DNA of 20,000 nt from an uncultured virus (IMG/VR IMGVR_UViG_3300030330_005363) (Duplodnaviria; Heunggongvirae; Uroviricota; Caudoviricetes; Crassvirales), in IMG/VR virus record IMGVR_UViG_3300030330_005363, positions 46,954 to 66,953 of that record. One strand, given 5' to 3'. The notes beneath the pieces were generated by a model. It was not told the DNA's origin. It did not search any database and saw nothing but the letters and a program-made list of their open reading frames with translations. The position numbers were made by a program, and so were the translations under genes. The number at the start of each line of letters is the position of its first letter. Position 1 is the first letter of the stretch. Shown one piece after another: positions 8,967 through 16,516 of the stretch.

Positions 8967-9749
8967 TCACAGATAATCAAGCACTTGCGAGTGATCTACG
9001 TTGTCAATTAATTTAGTTACAGCTTGCTTTTTAAGCTCTGAAACTCTAACATAAGCTGACACTCCTGATATAGATAAATAGTCTGCAATTTGTTTAGCAG
9101 AATGTTTATCGCAATCAAGTCCATAGCTCAAACGCAGTACATGATATTCATTGTGGTTAAGATGTTTTTTCAGTATACTATCTAAGTATATGTTTAACAT
9201 ACCTAAGTTATATGGTTCAGATGTATCAGGTAAATTATTCACCCATGATTCATTTGACTCATTGTTTTTGGTAGGTATAGCATCAATACTTAAAAATATA
9301 CTATTGAAAAACATTTCGACCATTTTTTTGTCTTTACCGTTATCCTTTCGGATCTCGTTAAGTTTATGTTCAGGTATACGAATATCACCTCTATTAATAT
9401 CAATAGCTCTTCTGATATGACCTCTAATTCTTTTAGCTAAAAAAGATTTTAAGGTTTTCTCTTGATCTTCGCTTTCTCTTAGTGTCATAAAATCTATTTT
9501 ATTAACAGCTAATGTTAAAGCTTGACTACCAGCTTGTATAATATCCATAATACTCATTACTCCTGAAGCTTGCTGTGAAGTAGAGAATTTTCTTGCAATA
9601 TTTTCTACAAGAGGTAGAAATAATACATTAAGTTCTTTTGGAGTATAATCAGCAAAACAACTAACGGAGCTATTTTGTTTTATATACTTTATAGAATCTG
9701 TAACATCTTCTTTCCATCTAATGTAGTTCTTTACATTATACTTTTTCAT
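8967..9749 (-). CDS. Phage-encoded sigma70-family RNA polymerase sigma factor
   Basis: Region 2 LPLVENIARKF..MDIIQAG..AL..AV.K...RIRGHI.RAI, IRIPEH, and region 4 VLRLSYGL...AKQIADYL...RVSELKKQAVTKL. Confidence 0.8.
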   Translation of the reverse strand: MKKYNVKNYIRWKEDVTDSIKYIKQNSSVSCFADYTPKELNVLFLPLVENIARKFSTSQQASGVMSIMDIIQAGSQALTLAVNKIDFMTLRESEDQEKTLKSFLAKRIRGHIRRAIDINRGDIRIPEHKLNEIRKDNGKDKKMVEMFFNSIFLSIDAIPTKNNESNESWVNNLPDTSEPYNLGMLNIYLDSILKKHLNHNEYHVLRLSYGLDCDKHSAKQIADYLSISGVSAYVRVSELKKQAVTKLIDNVDHSQVLDYL

Positions 9750-10378
9750 AAGTCGTTATTTAAAAGTTCTTTCTCTTTCTTCAGCTCATTACCCATAGTA
9801 CGATAAATAGTTCGATCAGAACATTTAAGGTGCTTAGCTAATTTGCTAATGGTAATTTTATCTCCTTCATCATTGATGTGGAGCATTGCGTCATATATAT
9901 CGTCTTCATGTACCATTTTAGATCTTCCAACTAACGAACCAGTAATTTTAAGTTTTTCTTCTGCTGTTAAATAACAATTAACATCAAATATTACTTTTCT
10001 TCTACGGTTATTAGGTGGTCTTTCTAAGTCAGACATGCTAACTTCATATATAATCTGTCTAAGCAATTGTTTTGGTATATGAAACGTAGCAAAACCATTA
10101 GTTGGTTCAGCTATTACATTTGCTAATTGCTCAAAGTCGTTTTGATCCATGCTTGGATTCAAATACCATAAAACTAATAAATGCCACTTCAGTGATTTAT
10201 AAGTATTGATTTTAGCTTTACTTCTAAATAATTCGTAGCATTCATATGTACCATTTTCATAGTATCTTCCCCATTCATACTCGACTGTGGGAGTTTCTTT
10301 GGGTACTGTTCGGTATATGATTCTTCTATGGTTTAAATAATCTAAATTTCTATCGTATGACAATAGGTCCTTATTCAT
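9746..10378 (-). CDS. Protein with C-terminal helix-turn-helix (DNA-binding; possibly replication initiator or regulator)
   Basis: ITISKLAKHLKCSDRTIYR is HTH-like; ATGA coupling at both ends. Confidence 0.65.
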   Translation of the reverse strand: MNKDLLSYDRNLDYLNHRRIIYRTVPKETPTVEYEWGRYYENGTYECYELFRSKAKINTYKSLKWHLLVLWYLNPSMDQNDFEQLANVIAEPTNGFATFHIPKQLLRQIIYEVSMSDLERPPNNRRRKVIFDVNCYLTAEEKLKITGSLVGRSKMVHEDDIYDAMLHINDEGDKITISKLAKHLKCSDRTIYRTMGNELKKEKELLNNDL

Positions 10379-10402
10379 TTATCTTTAGGCCTTGTGTCAC
10401 AC
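10357..10402. promoter_or_regulatory. Inverted repeat ATGACAATAG...TGTCACAC, copy 1
   Basis: TGACA (10358) and TGTCA (10395-10399) arms straddle the HTH gene start; related copy at 19883-19929. Confidence 0.5.
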
Positions 10403-10521
10403 AGTCTTTCGTAAATCATTTCTTCTTCTTGTTCCTCTAGATTTAAGTTATATTTATATATAACTTCTTCTAAGGTTGCATATGAATAATAATCCATATA
10501 ATCTCTTTTTGTTGCTCCCAT
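10375..10521 (-). CDS. Hypothetical protein (48 aa, MGATKRDYMDYY...)
   Basis: Manual translation; stop overlaps the ATG of the HTH gene. Confidence 0.6.
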   Translation of the reverse strand: MGATKRDYMDYYSYATLEEVIYKYNLNLEEQEEEMIYERLCDTRPKDK

Positions 10522-10523
10522 AA

Positions 10524-10748
10524 TTATAGGTTTAATAGGTTTAGTCGTCTACGGTATTTCTTTTGTAGCTTCAATTTGGTTTGTATTCTTGATCTTCTTT
10601 CTTTTATATTCTCTTCCCAACCGTCTTTTAATGGTCTTGTAGCTATAAATAAAGATTCGTCAAATATTTCGTGATGTAATTCTACAATTCTTTTTTCAAG
10701 ATATGCTATATGTCTTGATTTTCTTGGGTTAAATTCTATCTTATTCAT
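10524..10748 (-). CDS. Hypothetical basic protein (MNKIEFNPRKSRH...)
   Basis: ORF-track 10524..10772; ATG at 10748 preferred because the extension lies in the structured element. Confidence 0.65.
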   Translation of the reverse strand: MNKIEFNPRKSRHIAYLEKRIVELHHEIFDESLFIATRPLKDGWEENIKERRSRIQTKLKLQKKYRRRLNLLNL

Positions 10749-10750
10749 AC

Positions 10751-10874
10751 CTACGAAAGCCCGCACCGTCACCTATGGGAAACGCCTCTTTCCACATCTT
10801 CATGTGGCATGGGTCGGTCCGAAGGGAAAGTACGAGCTACTCAAAGGATGCCTGGTCGCCTTATTTATTCGTAG
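10751..10874 (-). ncRNA. Putative structured cis-regulatory RNA, copy A
   Basis: GC-rich island with stems CUACGAA/UUCGUAG, AGCUCGUAC/GUGCGGGCU, ACCCAUG/CAUAGGU and CCACAU/AUGUGG; ends 2 nt before ATG. Confidence 0.6.
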
Positions 10875-10951
10875 TATTTATCTAAAAGTTTATTAGCAAC
10901 TTCCATGCTAATCTCGTTATTTAGATATAATTCAAATATCAATTTTCTCAT
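10865..10951 (-). CDS. Small hypothetical protein (28 aa, MRKLIFELYLNNEISMEVANKLLDKYYE)
   Basis: Manual translation; overlaps the end of the DenV-like gene. Confidence 0.5.
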   Translation of the reverse strand: MRKLIFELYLNNEISMEVANKLLDKYYE

Positions 10952-11405
10952 ATATTTTTTCGTTTTTACCTGCTACAATATGCTTTTCGCCTATATAGTA
11001 ATTCCAATAAGCTTTGATACTGCATGGATCTTTATATTCATCAGGCATAGCCTGAGGTGGTTGTGTAAACCCTGTATATGGTAAACCGCCTGGTAAATAT
11101 CTTAAATAAGGATCACACTTTGTATATGACAAATGTACTTTACCGTAACGTTTAGTATATTCGGCAGATAAAGCACAGAAATGATCATATAACCAAGTGT
11201 AATTTTCAGCTGAACTTCTACACCATATAGTTGATGGGTGGTTTACATGTGCACGTTTGTATGGTACATTTGCATCTTCTCCCATTATTTCATGATGTGC
11301 TGTACACAGCATTTGAGCTGATTCTAAGATCATCTTAACAACATGTTTGTTATATTGGTATTGCGCGGCTTTTACTGGGTCTCTATGTAAATAAAATATA
11401 TTCAT
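10932..11405 (-). CDS. denV: Pyrimidine dimer DNA glycosylase-like protein (DenV family)
   Basis: MNIFYL...KHVVKMILESAQML...YK..H.NHP...W...Y..RYGK.H...QAMP pattern. Confidence 0.75.
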   Translation of the reverse strand: MNIFYLHRDPVKAAQYQYNKHVVKMILESAQMLCTAHHEIMGEDANVPYKRAHVNHPSTIWCRSSAENYTWLYDHFCALSAEYTKRYGKVHLSYTKCDPYLRYLPGGLPYTGFTQPPQAMPDEYKDPCSIKAYWNYYIGEKHIVAGKNEKIYEKIDI

Positions 11406-11527
11406 TCGTAGTCTGATATTATATTTCTTAGTTTAATTATAAACTCATATTGAGATATATTAGCTTGTTCCCACTCCCATATAAGATCTTCTATATCGGA
11501 GGATAATAAGTATTCTTTACTATTCAT
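11402..11527 (-). CDS. Small hypothetical protein (41 aa, MNSKEYLLSSDIEDLIWEWE...)
   Basis: Manual translation; ATGA-coupled to the denV-like gene. Confidence 0.55.
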   Translation of the reverse strand: MNSKEYLLSSDIEDLIWEWEQANISQYEFIIKLRNIISDYE

Positions 11528-12389
11528 AATTTCTTATACATTTATACAATGGATGTCTGTAAGAACCTGCTTTAGTTCGTTGAAAATAAGTAAAGGTAGC
11601 ACGCTCACCTATATAGTGACTAATGTTATCGATCATAGCGGCTAGATCCTTGTAGGTGTAACCTTTGCCCGGTGGGCAGCCGAACTGTACACCCGCGTCA
11701 TCTTGCATGATGAACTTCCCAAGCGTGCCTTGCCTCTTACCTTTACCTAATTCATAACCAATAATTGTTGCCTCTGCATCATCAAAATCTTTGAACTTCA
11801 TTAAATCCCATGACCTAGTTCTTTTATATAATCCATCAGGATTTCTATAAATAGATCCTTCATAGCCTTCGTTTAAGAAATTTTTATGCCATTCTTTAGC
11901 TTCATCGATATTTTCTATATAAACCGTTTTAGTTAATCTTACATGATCGTTGTCTATAAAATGACCATCATAAGTTTTCTCTGCAATTACATCAATTAAA
12001 CGGTCTAATCTTTCTTCATATGTAGCACCCAATACAACATGCTTTAACGGTATTATATCGTATATATGATATTGTACTAATTTTTCAGCTTCTTTTCTGT
12101 GCTCAAATGTAGGTTTAGTTTTCCTAACTAATGAAATAATCTTTTCAAAATCATCTTTTAATTTATGGTTGTATAATTCACCATCTAATTTTAGATAAGG
12201 ATATTGTTTGAACAGTGGTTCTAAGGTTTCTACAATGTGATCTACATTTTTAAATTCTTTCCCTGTTCTAGAAAAAGCACCATCTTTTGTAAATACACAT
12301 CTAACTCCATCAAGTTTAGGTTGTAGTAAAGCAGGAAATACTGCTTTATCAGGGTCAAACTTATGGGCTAACATTGGTTTTATTGTCAT
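11520..12389 (-). CDS. ATP-dependent DNA ligase
   Basis: KPMLA, motif I PKLDGVR, LDGELY, EGYEG, K.K.F.D.E, C-terminal OB fold with RHP...R. Confidence 0.92.
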   Translation of the reverse strand: MTIKPMLAHKFDPDKAVFPALLQPKLDGVRCVFTKDGAFSRTGKEFKNVDHIVETLEPLFKQYPYLKLDGELYNHKLKDDFEKIISLVRKTKPTFEHRKEAEKLVQYHIYDIIPLKHVVLGATYEERLDRLIDVIAEKTYDGHFIDNDHVRLTKTVYIENIDEAKEWHKNFLNEGYEGSIYRNPDGLYKRTRSWDLMKFKDFDDAEATIIGYELGKGKRQGTLGKFIMQDDAGVQFGCPPGKGYTYKDLAAMIDNISHYIGERATFTYFQRTKAGSYRHPLYKCIRNYE

Positions 12390-12694
12390 AATTTTCCTAA
12401 TTTTTTCTGTATTTGTCTTAATTTTTTTAATACTCTAGCAGCTTTTTCATAACCTGCGGTGGTATCTTGACTTTCATATATCATTAATATAGTTTGAAGT
12501 CTAGCTAATTCACCAATTAACATTTCTTCATCAGTCATATCTGCAAATATACCAGCTAAATGATCATTTGGAGTAAAATCTCTTTCAAATTGAGCTTGAG
12601 CTTGAGCTCTTGCTTCTTCATCTCCAAATAATTCTAAAACTATTTTAGAAGCTACTAGATCTGCTAATTCATTCATTTGTTTTTTTGTCATCAT
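12386..12694 (-). CDS. Hypothetical protein
   Basis: 102 aa ORF; ATG 5 nt after the repeated motif. Confidence 0.7.
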   Translation of the reverse strand: MMTKKQMNELADLVASKIVLELFGDEEARAQAQAQFERDFTPNDHLAGIFADMTDEEMLIGELARLQTILMIYESQDTTAGYEKAARVLKKLRQIQKKLGKL

Positions 12695-12699
12695 ATTGA

Positions 12700-12731
12700 T
12701 ATTATCCGTTAGTATTCGTATTTAGTTTGTA
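12700..12731 (-). promoter_or_regulatory. Repeated promoter-like motif, copy 1
   Basis: TACAAACTAAATACGA-N8-GGATAATA-N5-ATG(12694). Confidence 0.75.
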
Positions 12732-12736
12732 AATTG

Positions 12737-12925
12737 TTATTTTTTGTATTCATTAAAATCAATTAAGAACCCTATAAATACAATTATATTGAGTCCTAAG
12801 GACGTAGCGATCTCAATTAGATCGTGATATACATTTAATGATAAATGAATGTGTCCTACAACCCAGAACGGAGTTGCTAAATTTTCACTTATCCATATTA
12901 ATGTAAATTTAATTAACTTTTTCAT
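12737..12925 (-). CDS. Small membrane protein
   Basis: 62 aa with hydrophobic segments. Confidence 0.65.
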   Translation of the reverse strand: MKKLIKFTLIWISENLATPFWVVGHIHLSLNVYHDLIEIATSLGLNIIVFIGFLIDFNEYKK

Positions 12926-13019
12926 AAGAATATTGTGGACACTGTCTGCAAGGAGCTGTACGTTTTGTAGTGCTACAACTTACGCATAATGCTATTACTA
13001 TTATTACTATTATTCTCAT
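12909..13019 (-). CDS. Small putative lipoprotein (36 aa, MRIIVIIVIALCVSCSTTKRTAPCRQCPQYSYEKVN)
   Basis: Manual translation; basic N-terminus, hydrophobic core, VSC lipobox-like site. Confidence 0.55.
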   Translation of the reverse strand: MRIIVIIVIALCVSCSTTKRTAPCRQCPQYSYEKVN

Positions 13020-13022
13020 TTT

Positions 13023-13238
13023 TTATAGTTCTTTTAACTTATCAAGTCTATTTAATTTTTGCTTGTTAGTTAAACTGTTCCAGTCACTTGGTGGTTGCCA
13101 ATCTGGTATACTAGCTCTCATTGTGGCAAAAGCTATTTTTTCTTTATACTTAACTGTTTCGTCAGCTAGTTCATCACCTTGTTTAGTCGCTAGATCCCCT
13201 AACAACATAAACGCTTTCATCATATTTATATTATCCAT
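13023..13238 (-). CDS. Hypothetical protein (start 13238 or 13223)
   Basis: 71 aa ORF on the operon strand. Confidence 0.65.
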   Translation of the reverse strand: MDNINMMKAFMLLGDLATKQGDELADETVKYKEKIAFATMRASIPDWQPPSDWNSLTNKQKLNRLDKLKEL

Positions 13239-13239
13239 A

Positions 13240-13332
13240 CCACGAAAAGCCCGTACCTTTTGAGTACGAGCTTGTAAACGTTGTTTTCCGACAGCTTCTG
13301 ACTGTATCCTGTTATCAGTGTTTACTTCGTGG
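13240..13332 (-). ncRNA. Putative structured cis-regulatory RNA, copy B
   Basis: Three-way junction CCACGAA/UUCGUGG, GUAAAC/GUUUAC, AAGCUCGUAC/GUACGGGCUU; ends 1 nt before ATG. Confidence 0.62.
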
Positions 13333-13346
13333 AAACTAAACTACTA

Positions 13347-13625
13347 CTAATCTAACAACACGTAGTATGCTTCTGGGTTATTCACCCTAAACCAAGTTAA
13401 TGCTTTTTGAAACTCATTAATTCGTTTAGTTGTCATTGTATTAGGCACAGTGTCAAATACCATTTGACAACCTATTATAAAATCATATAATGATAATTCT
13501 ACACCTGTTAATTCATATGATTCACCTGAAAATGGATTAGTTACAGTTTCACCTTCAGTGTAAATCATACCTTTAAACCATTTAGGTAGTTTTTGTTCAG
13601 TCTTCAACTTCTTCTGTGATGCCAT
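13347..13625 (-). CDS. Hypothetical phage protein
   Basis: 92 aa, NPFSGE...NPEAYYVLLD. Confidence 0.7.
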   Translation of the reverse strand: MASQKKLKTEQKLPKWFKGMIYTEGETVTNPFSGESYELTGVELSLYDFIIGCQMVFDTVPNTMTTKRINEFQKALTWFRVNNPEAYYVLLD

Positions 13626-14013
13626 ATTCTTCTTTTAAATAATTAATTTCTTCTAGTGTTATATCTAACTCATCATTTTTAATAATATCTTCAGCATGAT
13701 CTGTAAACATTTCTAACAACATATCATTCATATAACTATCTTCATAAACATCTTCACAAATGTAAAAAGTTTTATCATTCCATCTTACTTGTTGTTCAAA
13801 TGCCTCTGATAATTCGTGGTTATAATAGTATACATCTTCACATATAGAAGGGTATCTATTATCATTAGTACATAAGTAAACACTATAACCATCTGCAGTA
13901 GATTCTTCATATATCATACAATCTACATTATCAAAGTCATTTATATCATGAGATATAGAAATATCTAAATGGTTTTTAACAAGTTCTATAAGTCTTTCAT
14001 CTCTAATTTCCAT
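13597..14013 (-). CDS. Hypothetical acidic protein
   Basis: 138 aa, very rich in D/E. Confidence 0.7.
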   Translation of the reverse strand: MEIRDERLIELVKNHLDISISHDINDFDNVDCMIYEESTADGYSVYLCTNDNRYPSICEDVYYYNHELSEAFEQQVRWNDKTFYICEDVYEDSYMNDMLLEMFTDHAEDIIKNDELDITLEEINYLKEEYGITEEVED

Positions 14014-14350
14014 TGTTTAATGCTTTAATTGTGTATAAAAATAGTTTTTTAAGTCTAGCTTTTCTGCTATGTATCAATGTTCTTTTACTGTGTGTCCACT
14101 CACATAGTTTACCAAATTGATTTACAACTTTGTAAGGTGTTTTATATTGTGGATTTAGTTGATAACAACTTGCAACTCTACCTGTACCACTTAATACAAT
14201 TCTTCTGATATAACCTGTTTTATGCTCGGTTATCATATTTACACCGTCAGGCATTCTAAATGCTGTAGTACCATTTTTATTCTGTGTTTTACTTGTAACG
14301 TTTTTGCAACCTAGTGCAACTAACGCGTTTTCATATTGTTCTTCTGTCAT
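14003..14350 (-). CDS. Hypothetical protein
   Basis: 115 aa ORF, tight packing. Confidence 0.7.
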   Translation of the reverse strand: MTEEQYENALVALGCKNVTSKTQNKNGTTAFRMPDGVNMITEHKTGYIRRIVLSGTGRVASCYQLNPQYKTPYKVVNQFGKLCEWTHSKRTLIHSRKARLKKLFLYTIKALNNGN

Positions 14351-14581
14351 TTATTTAGTATTAAAGATATGTTCACCGAATAAAACATCTGAAGATGTTA
14401 GTTTATAGCTATACAAGTTTGCAAAAGTATGCAAAGTGCGTATAGAATCTATAGTCAGTTCACTATATCTGGTTTTGGTTTTGAGCTCTTCAAAGATACA
14501 TTCTATGCAAGCACTGTAGTTTTCAGCTTCTTTACATAATGTAGCTTTGATCTCTGGTTTTAATTGTTCGTATAAATTCAT
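14351..14581 (-). CDS. Hypothetical protein
   Basis: 76 aa ORF abutting neighbours. Confidence 0.68.
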   Translation of the reverse strand: MNLYEQLKPEIKATLCKEAENYSACIECIFEELKTKTRYSELTIDSIRTLHTFANLYSYKLTSSDVLFGEHIFNTK

Positions 14582-14800
14582 TTATCTAAGCATTGTGCCG
14601 TAACCTTTACGACGAGTTAGTTTAGCGATGCGCTTTGCATCAGCTCTCGATAATATTTGTATACTATTACCGGTTTTGTGGTTTATAATTGGTGCACAAC
14701 CGTAACGTTCTACAGTTGAGCATGCTACACAATTGTTGTAGCCATATTTAATTCTTACTGGGTGGATCTCATTGCCACATTTACATATTTTATCATTCAT
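14582..14800 (-). CDS. Small zinc-finger protein (C.CG..I...R...GY..CV.CS)
   Basis: ORF-track 14582..14821; ATG 14800 preferred (5 nt after motif). Four Cys in a pattern reminiscent of DksA/TraR C4 fingers. Confidence 0.6.
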   Translation of the reverse strand: MNDKICKCGNEIHPVRIKYGYNNCVACSTVERYGCAPIINHKTGNSIQILSRADAKRIAKLTRRKGYGTMLR

Positions 14801-14805
14801 ATATA

Positions 14806-14837
14806 TATTATCCTGCTTCAATCGTATTTAGTTTGTA
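14806..14837 (-). promoter_or_regulatory. Repeated promoter-like motif, copy 2
   Basis: TACAAACTAAATACGA-N8-GGATAATA-N5-ATG(14800). Confidence 0.75.
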
Positions 14838-14838
14838 A

Positions 14839-15237
14839 TTATTTTAATTTCTTTAATACTAATTGATATATTTCATAATGAATTCCTTGTTTGTGGTCCA
14901 TACATGCATCAAGTAACTCTATTGGCGCGTCATCTTGTACAAAATTACTCCAATTTAACTCATCGTAGTAATCCATTATTTCAAAAATTTCATTAAAAAG
15001 TACGTCATGTACTCTATCTTTTACTCTTTCTGCAATATCTTCTATTTGCTGTTTAAGATTAATTTCTTTTATTTCTTCAGGTATCTTGTGAGCTTCTTCT
15101 AACTTTTTAAGTTTTTCAGAATCTTCAAGATCGTCAAATACTACTTTTTTAAACCCACCACCGTACTTATTTGTATCCCATGGTGTACCTTGATACTCTT
15201 TAGTTTGCCTGTATTCATTCAAAGTTCTTTTTTTCAT
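14839..15237 (-). CDS. Hypothetical protein
   Basis: 132 aa ORF. Confidence 0.7.
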   Translation of the reverse strand: MKKRTLNEYRQTKEYQGTPWDTNKYGGGFKKVVFDDLEDSEKLKKLEEAHKIPEEIKEINLKQQIEDIAERVKDRVHDVLFNEIFEIMDYYDELNWSNFVQDDAPIELLDACMDHKQGIHYEIYQLVLKKLK

Positions 15238-15337
15238 TTTTATGTTTGGTTTTACGGGTATATTTCTTTTTATTTCTCTGTACTGAAGGCTTCATAGCAT
15301 CGTATATCTCCTTCATGGTTACTTTAATTTGTTGCAT
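15215..15337 (-). CDS. Small basic protein, ArfA-like motif (40 aa)
   Basis: Manual translation MQQIKVTMKEIYDAMKPSVQRNKKKYTRKTKHKNEKKNFE. Confidence 0.55.
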   Translation of the reverse strand: MQQIKVTMKEIYDAMKPSVQRNKKKYTRKTKHKNEKKNFE

Positions 15338-15426
15338 AAGTATCTTATTAATTCGTATGTTAATATAAATGGTGTACATAGAATTCCTATGATTACTATT
15401 AAAGTATCTCTTAAAAATTCTACCAC
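15319..15426 (-). CDS. Small membrane protein (GTG start, 35 aa)
   Basis: Manual translation VVEFLRDTLIVIIGILCTPFILTYELIRYLCNKLK. Confidence 0.45.
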   Translation of the reverse strand: MVEFLRDTLIVIIGILCTPFILTYELIRYLCNKLK

Positions 15427-15641
15427 CCTAGTTCGTCTTTAGCCTCTTTAGGCAAATATCCTACTTGTCTACCTTCTTCTAAGTAAACTATATCTTCTTT
15501 TTCATCATTTCTATCTCTTACTATAGTCTGTATTACTCCATTTATAGAGTATTCAAAAGGCCAACTTGGTTGAGATGCAAATCTTACTGTAGCATCTTCA
15601 TCCATGTATTTTAATTCTTGTATTAATTCTCCTACTGTCAT
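15420..15641 (-). CDS. Hypothetical phage protein (MTVGELIQEL...QPSWPFEY)
   Basis: 73 aa ORF. Confidence 0.7.
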   Translation of the reverse strand: MTVGELIQELKYMDEDATVRFASQPSWPFEYSINGVIQTIVRDRNDEKEDIVYLEEGRQVGYLPKEAKDELGW

Positions 15642-15647
15642 AATTTC

Positions 15648-15809
15648 TTATTTATAGTTATTATCCATGGCGCAATGTATTACATTCTCTTCTAAAAATT
15701 CTACTAATTGATCTATTAATATATATGGTGATACATACACATCATCTTCTATGTTTACATATTTATTTACCATAAATACTATTTGTTGTAATGCTTCTTT
15801 ATCGTTCAT
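15648..15809 (-). CDS. Hypothetical protein (53 aa, MNDKEALQQIV...)
   Basis: Manual translation; fills the gap. Confidence 0.55.
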   Translation of the reverse strand: MNDKEALQQIVFMVNKYVNIEDDVYVSPYILIDQLVEFLEENVIHCAMDNNYK

Positions 15810-15810
15810 A

Positions 15811-16017
15811 TTATTTAGTTAATTCCATTATTAAATCTTGGCAGTGATCATATCTCTCTTTAAAAAACTCTTGATCTGGTCTTTTACTAAAAAGTTCTTG
15901 ATGATACACATGGTGATCACACTCTTCGTGTAACAACCTGACTATCAGCTCGATATCTTTATCGTTTAATAAGAATATTTTATCTGTACATGCTGTTCCA
16001 TTATCCATTTTCATCAT
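15811..16017 (-). CDS. Hypothetical protein
   Basis: 68 aa ORF, ATGA-coupled. Confidence 0.65.
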   Translation of the reverse strand: MMKMDNGTACTDKIFLLNDKDIELIVRLLHEECDHHVYHQELFSKRPDQEFFKERYDHCQDLIMELTK

Positions 16018-16301
16018 ATTAAATCTAGTTTTTTGATTAATTCTTGTGACTTATACTTTAACATTCTATCACCATGATTAGTTAGTAACATTCTATGTAA
16101 TACGTTAGTTATACCATGAGTTCCTTGTACGTGAAATGATGGAGAATCTGGAGCTGTATCTTTTTGCATGTCATAAAACATAGATCCACCATATTTATCT
16201 GATAGTTTTTCTACATCAGCAGCAAACTTGTCTACTATTTCTCTTAACTCTGCATTTATTTTAACTTGAAGTGCTTTTTCTATTGCATTAGTATCTTTCA
16301 T
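16014..16301 (-). CDS. Hypothetical protein
   Basis: 95 aa ORF with GGAGG upstream and ATGA coupling. Confidence 0.7.
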   Translation of the reverse strand: MKDTNAIEKALQVKINAELREIVDKFAADVEKLSDKYGGSMFYDMQKDTAPDSPSFHVQGTHGITNVLHRMLLTNHGDRMLKYKSQELIKKLDLI

Positions 16302-16468
16302 TTCTTACCTCCTCTCTTAGCTTTCTGAGTCATTTTAAACTCGTTAATCTCTTGTTTTTTGCCTTTGATTTGAAGTTGGCATGTCTTCATTTCCTTCCTC
16401 ATAGTTCTTGCTTGATAGAACTGATTCCATGAGTATAGGTTTTGCAATTCTTTGATTAGTTTTTGCAT
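16298..16468 (-). CDS. Hypothetical basic protein (56 aa, MQKLIKELQNLYSWNQFYQ...)
   Basis: Manual translation; stop overlaps the next ATG. Confidence 0.6.
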   Translation of the reverse strand: MQKLIKELQNLYSWNQFYQARTMRKEMKTCQLQIKGKKQEINEFKMTQKAKRGGKK

Positions 16469-16516
16469 ATTACTATATTTTTATAGTTTATAGATCTACC
16501 TCGTGTAAATCTTTTT

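Noticed and set aside
11501..11508. Plus-strand GGATAATA
   Set aside because: Lacks the upstream box, lies antisense inside a small ORF; likely chance.
13280..13320. CUGAUAA...GAAA as hammerhead ribozyme core
   Set aside because: Core differs from CUGANGA and the flanking stems do not fit hammerhead geometry; absent from copy A.
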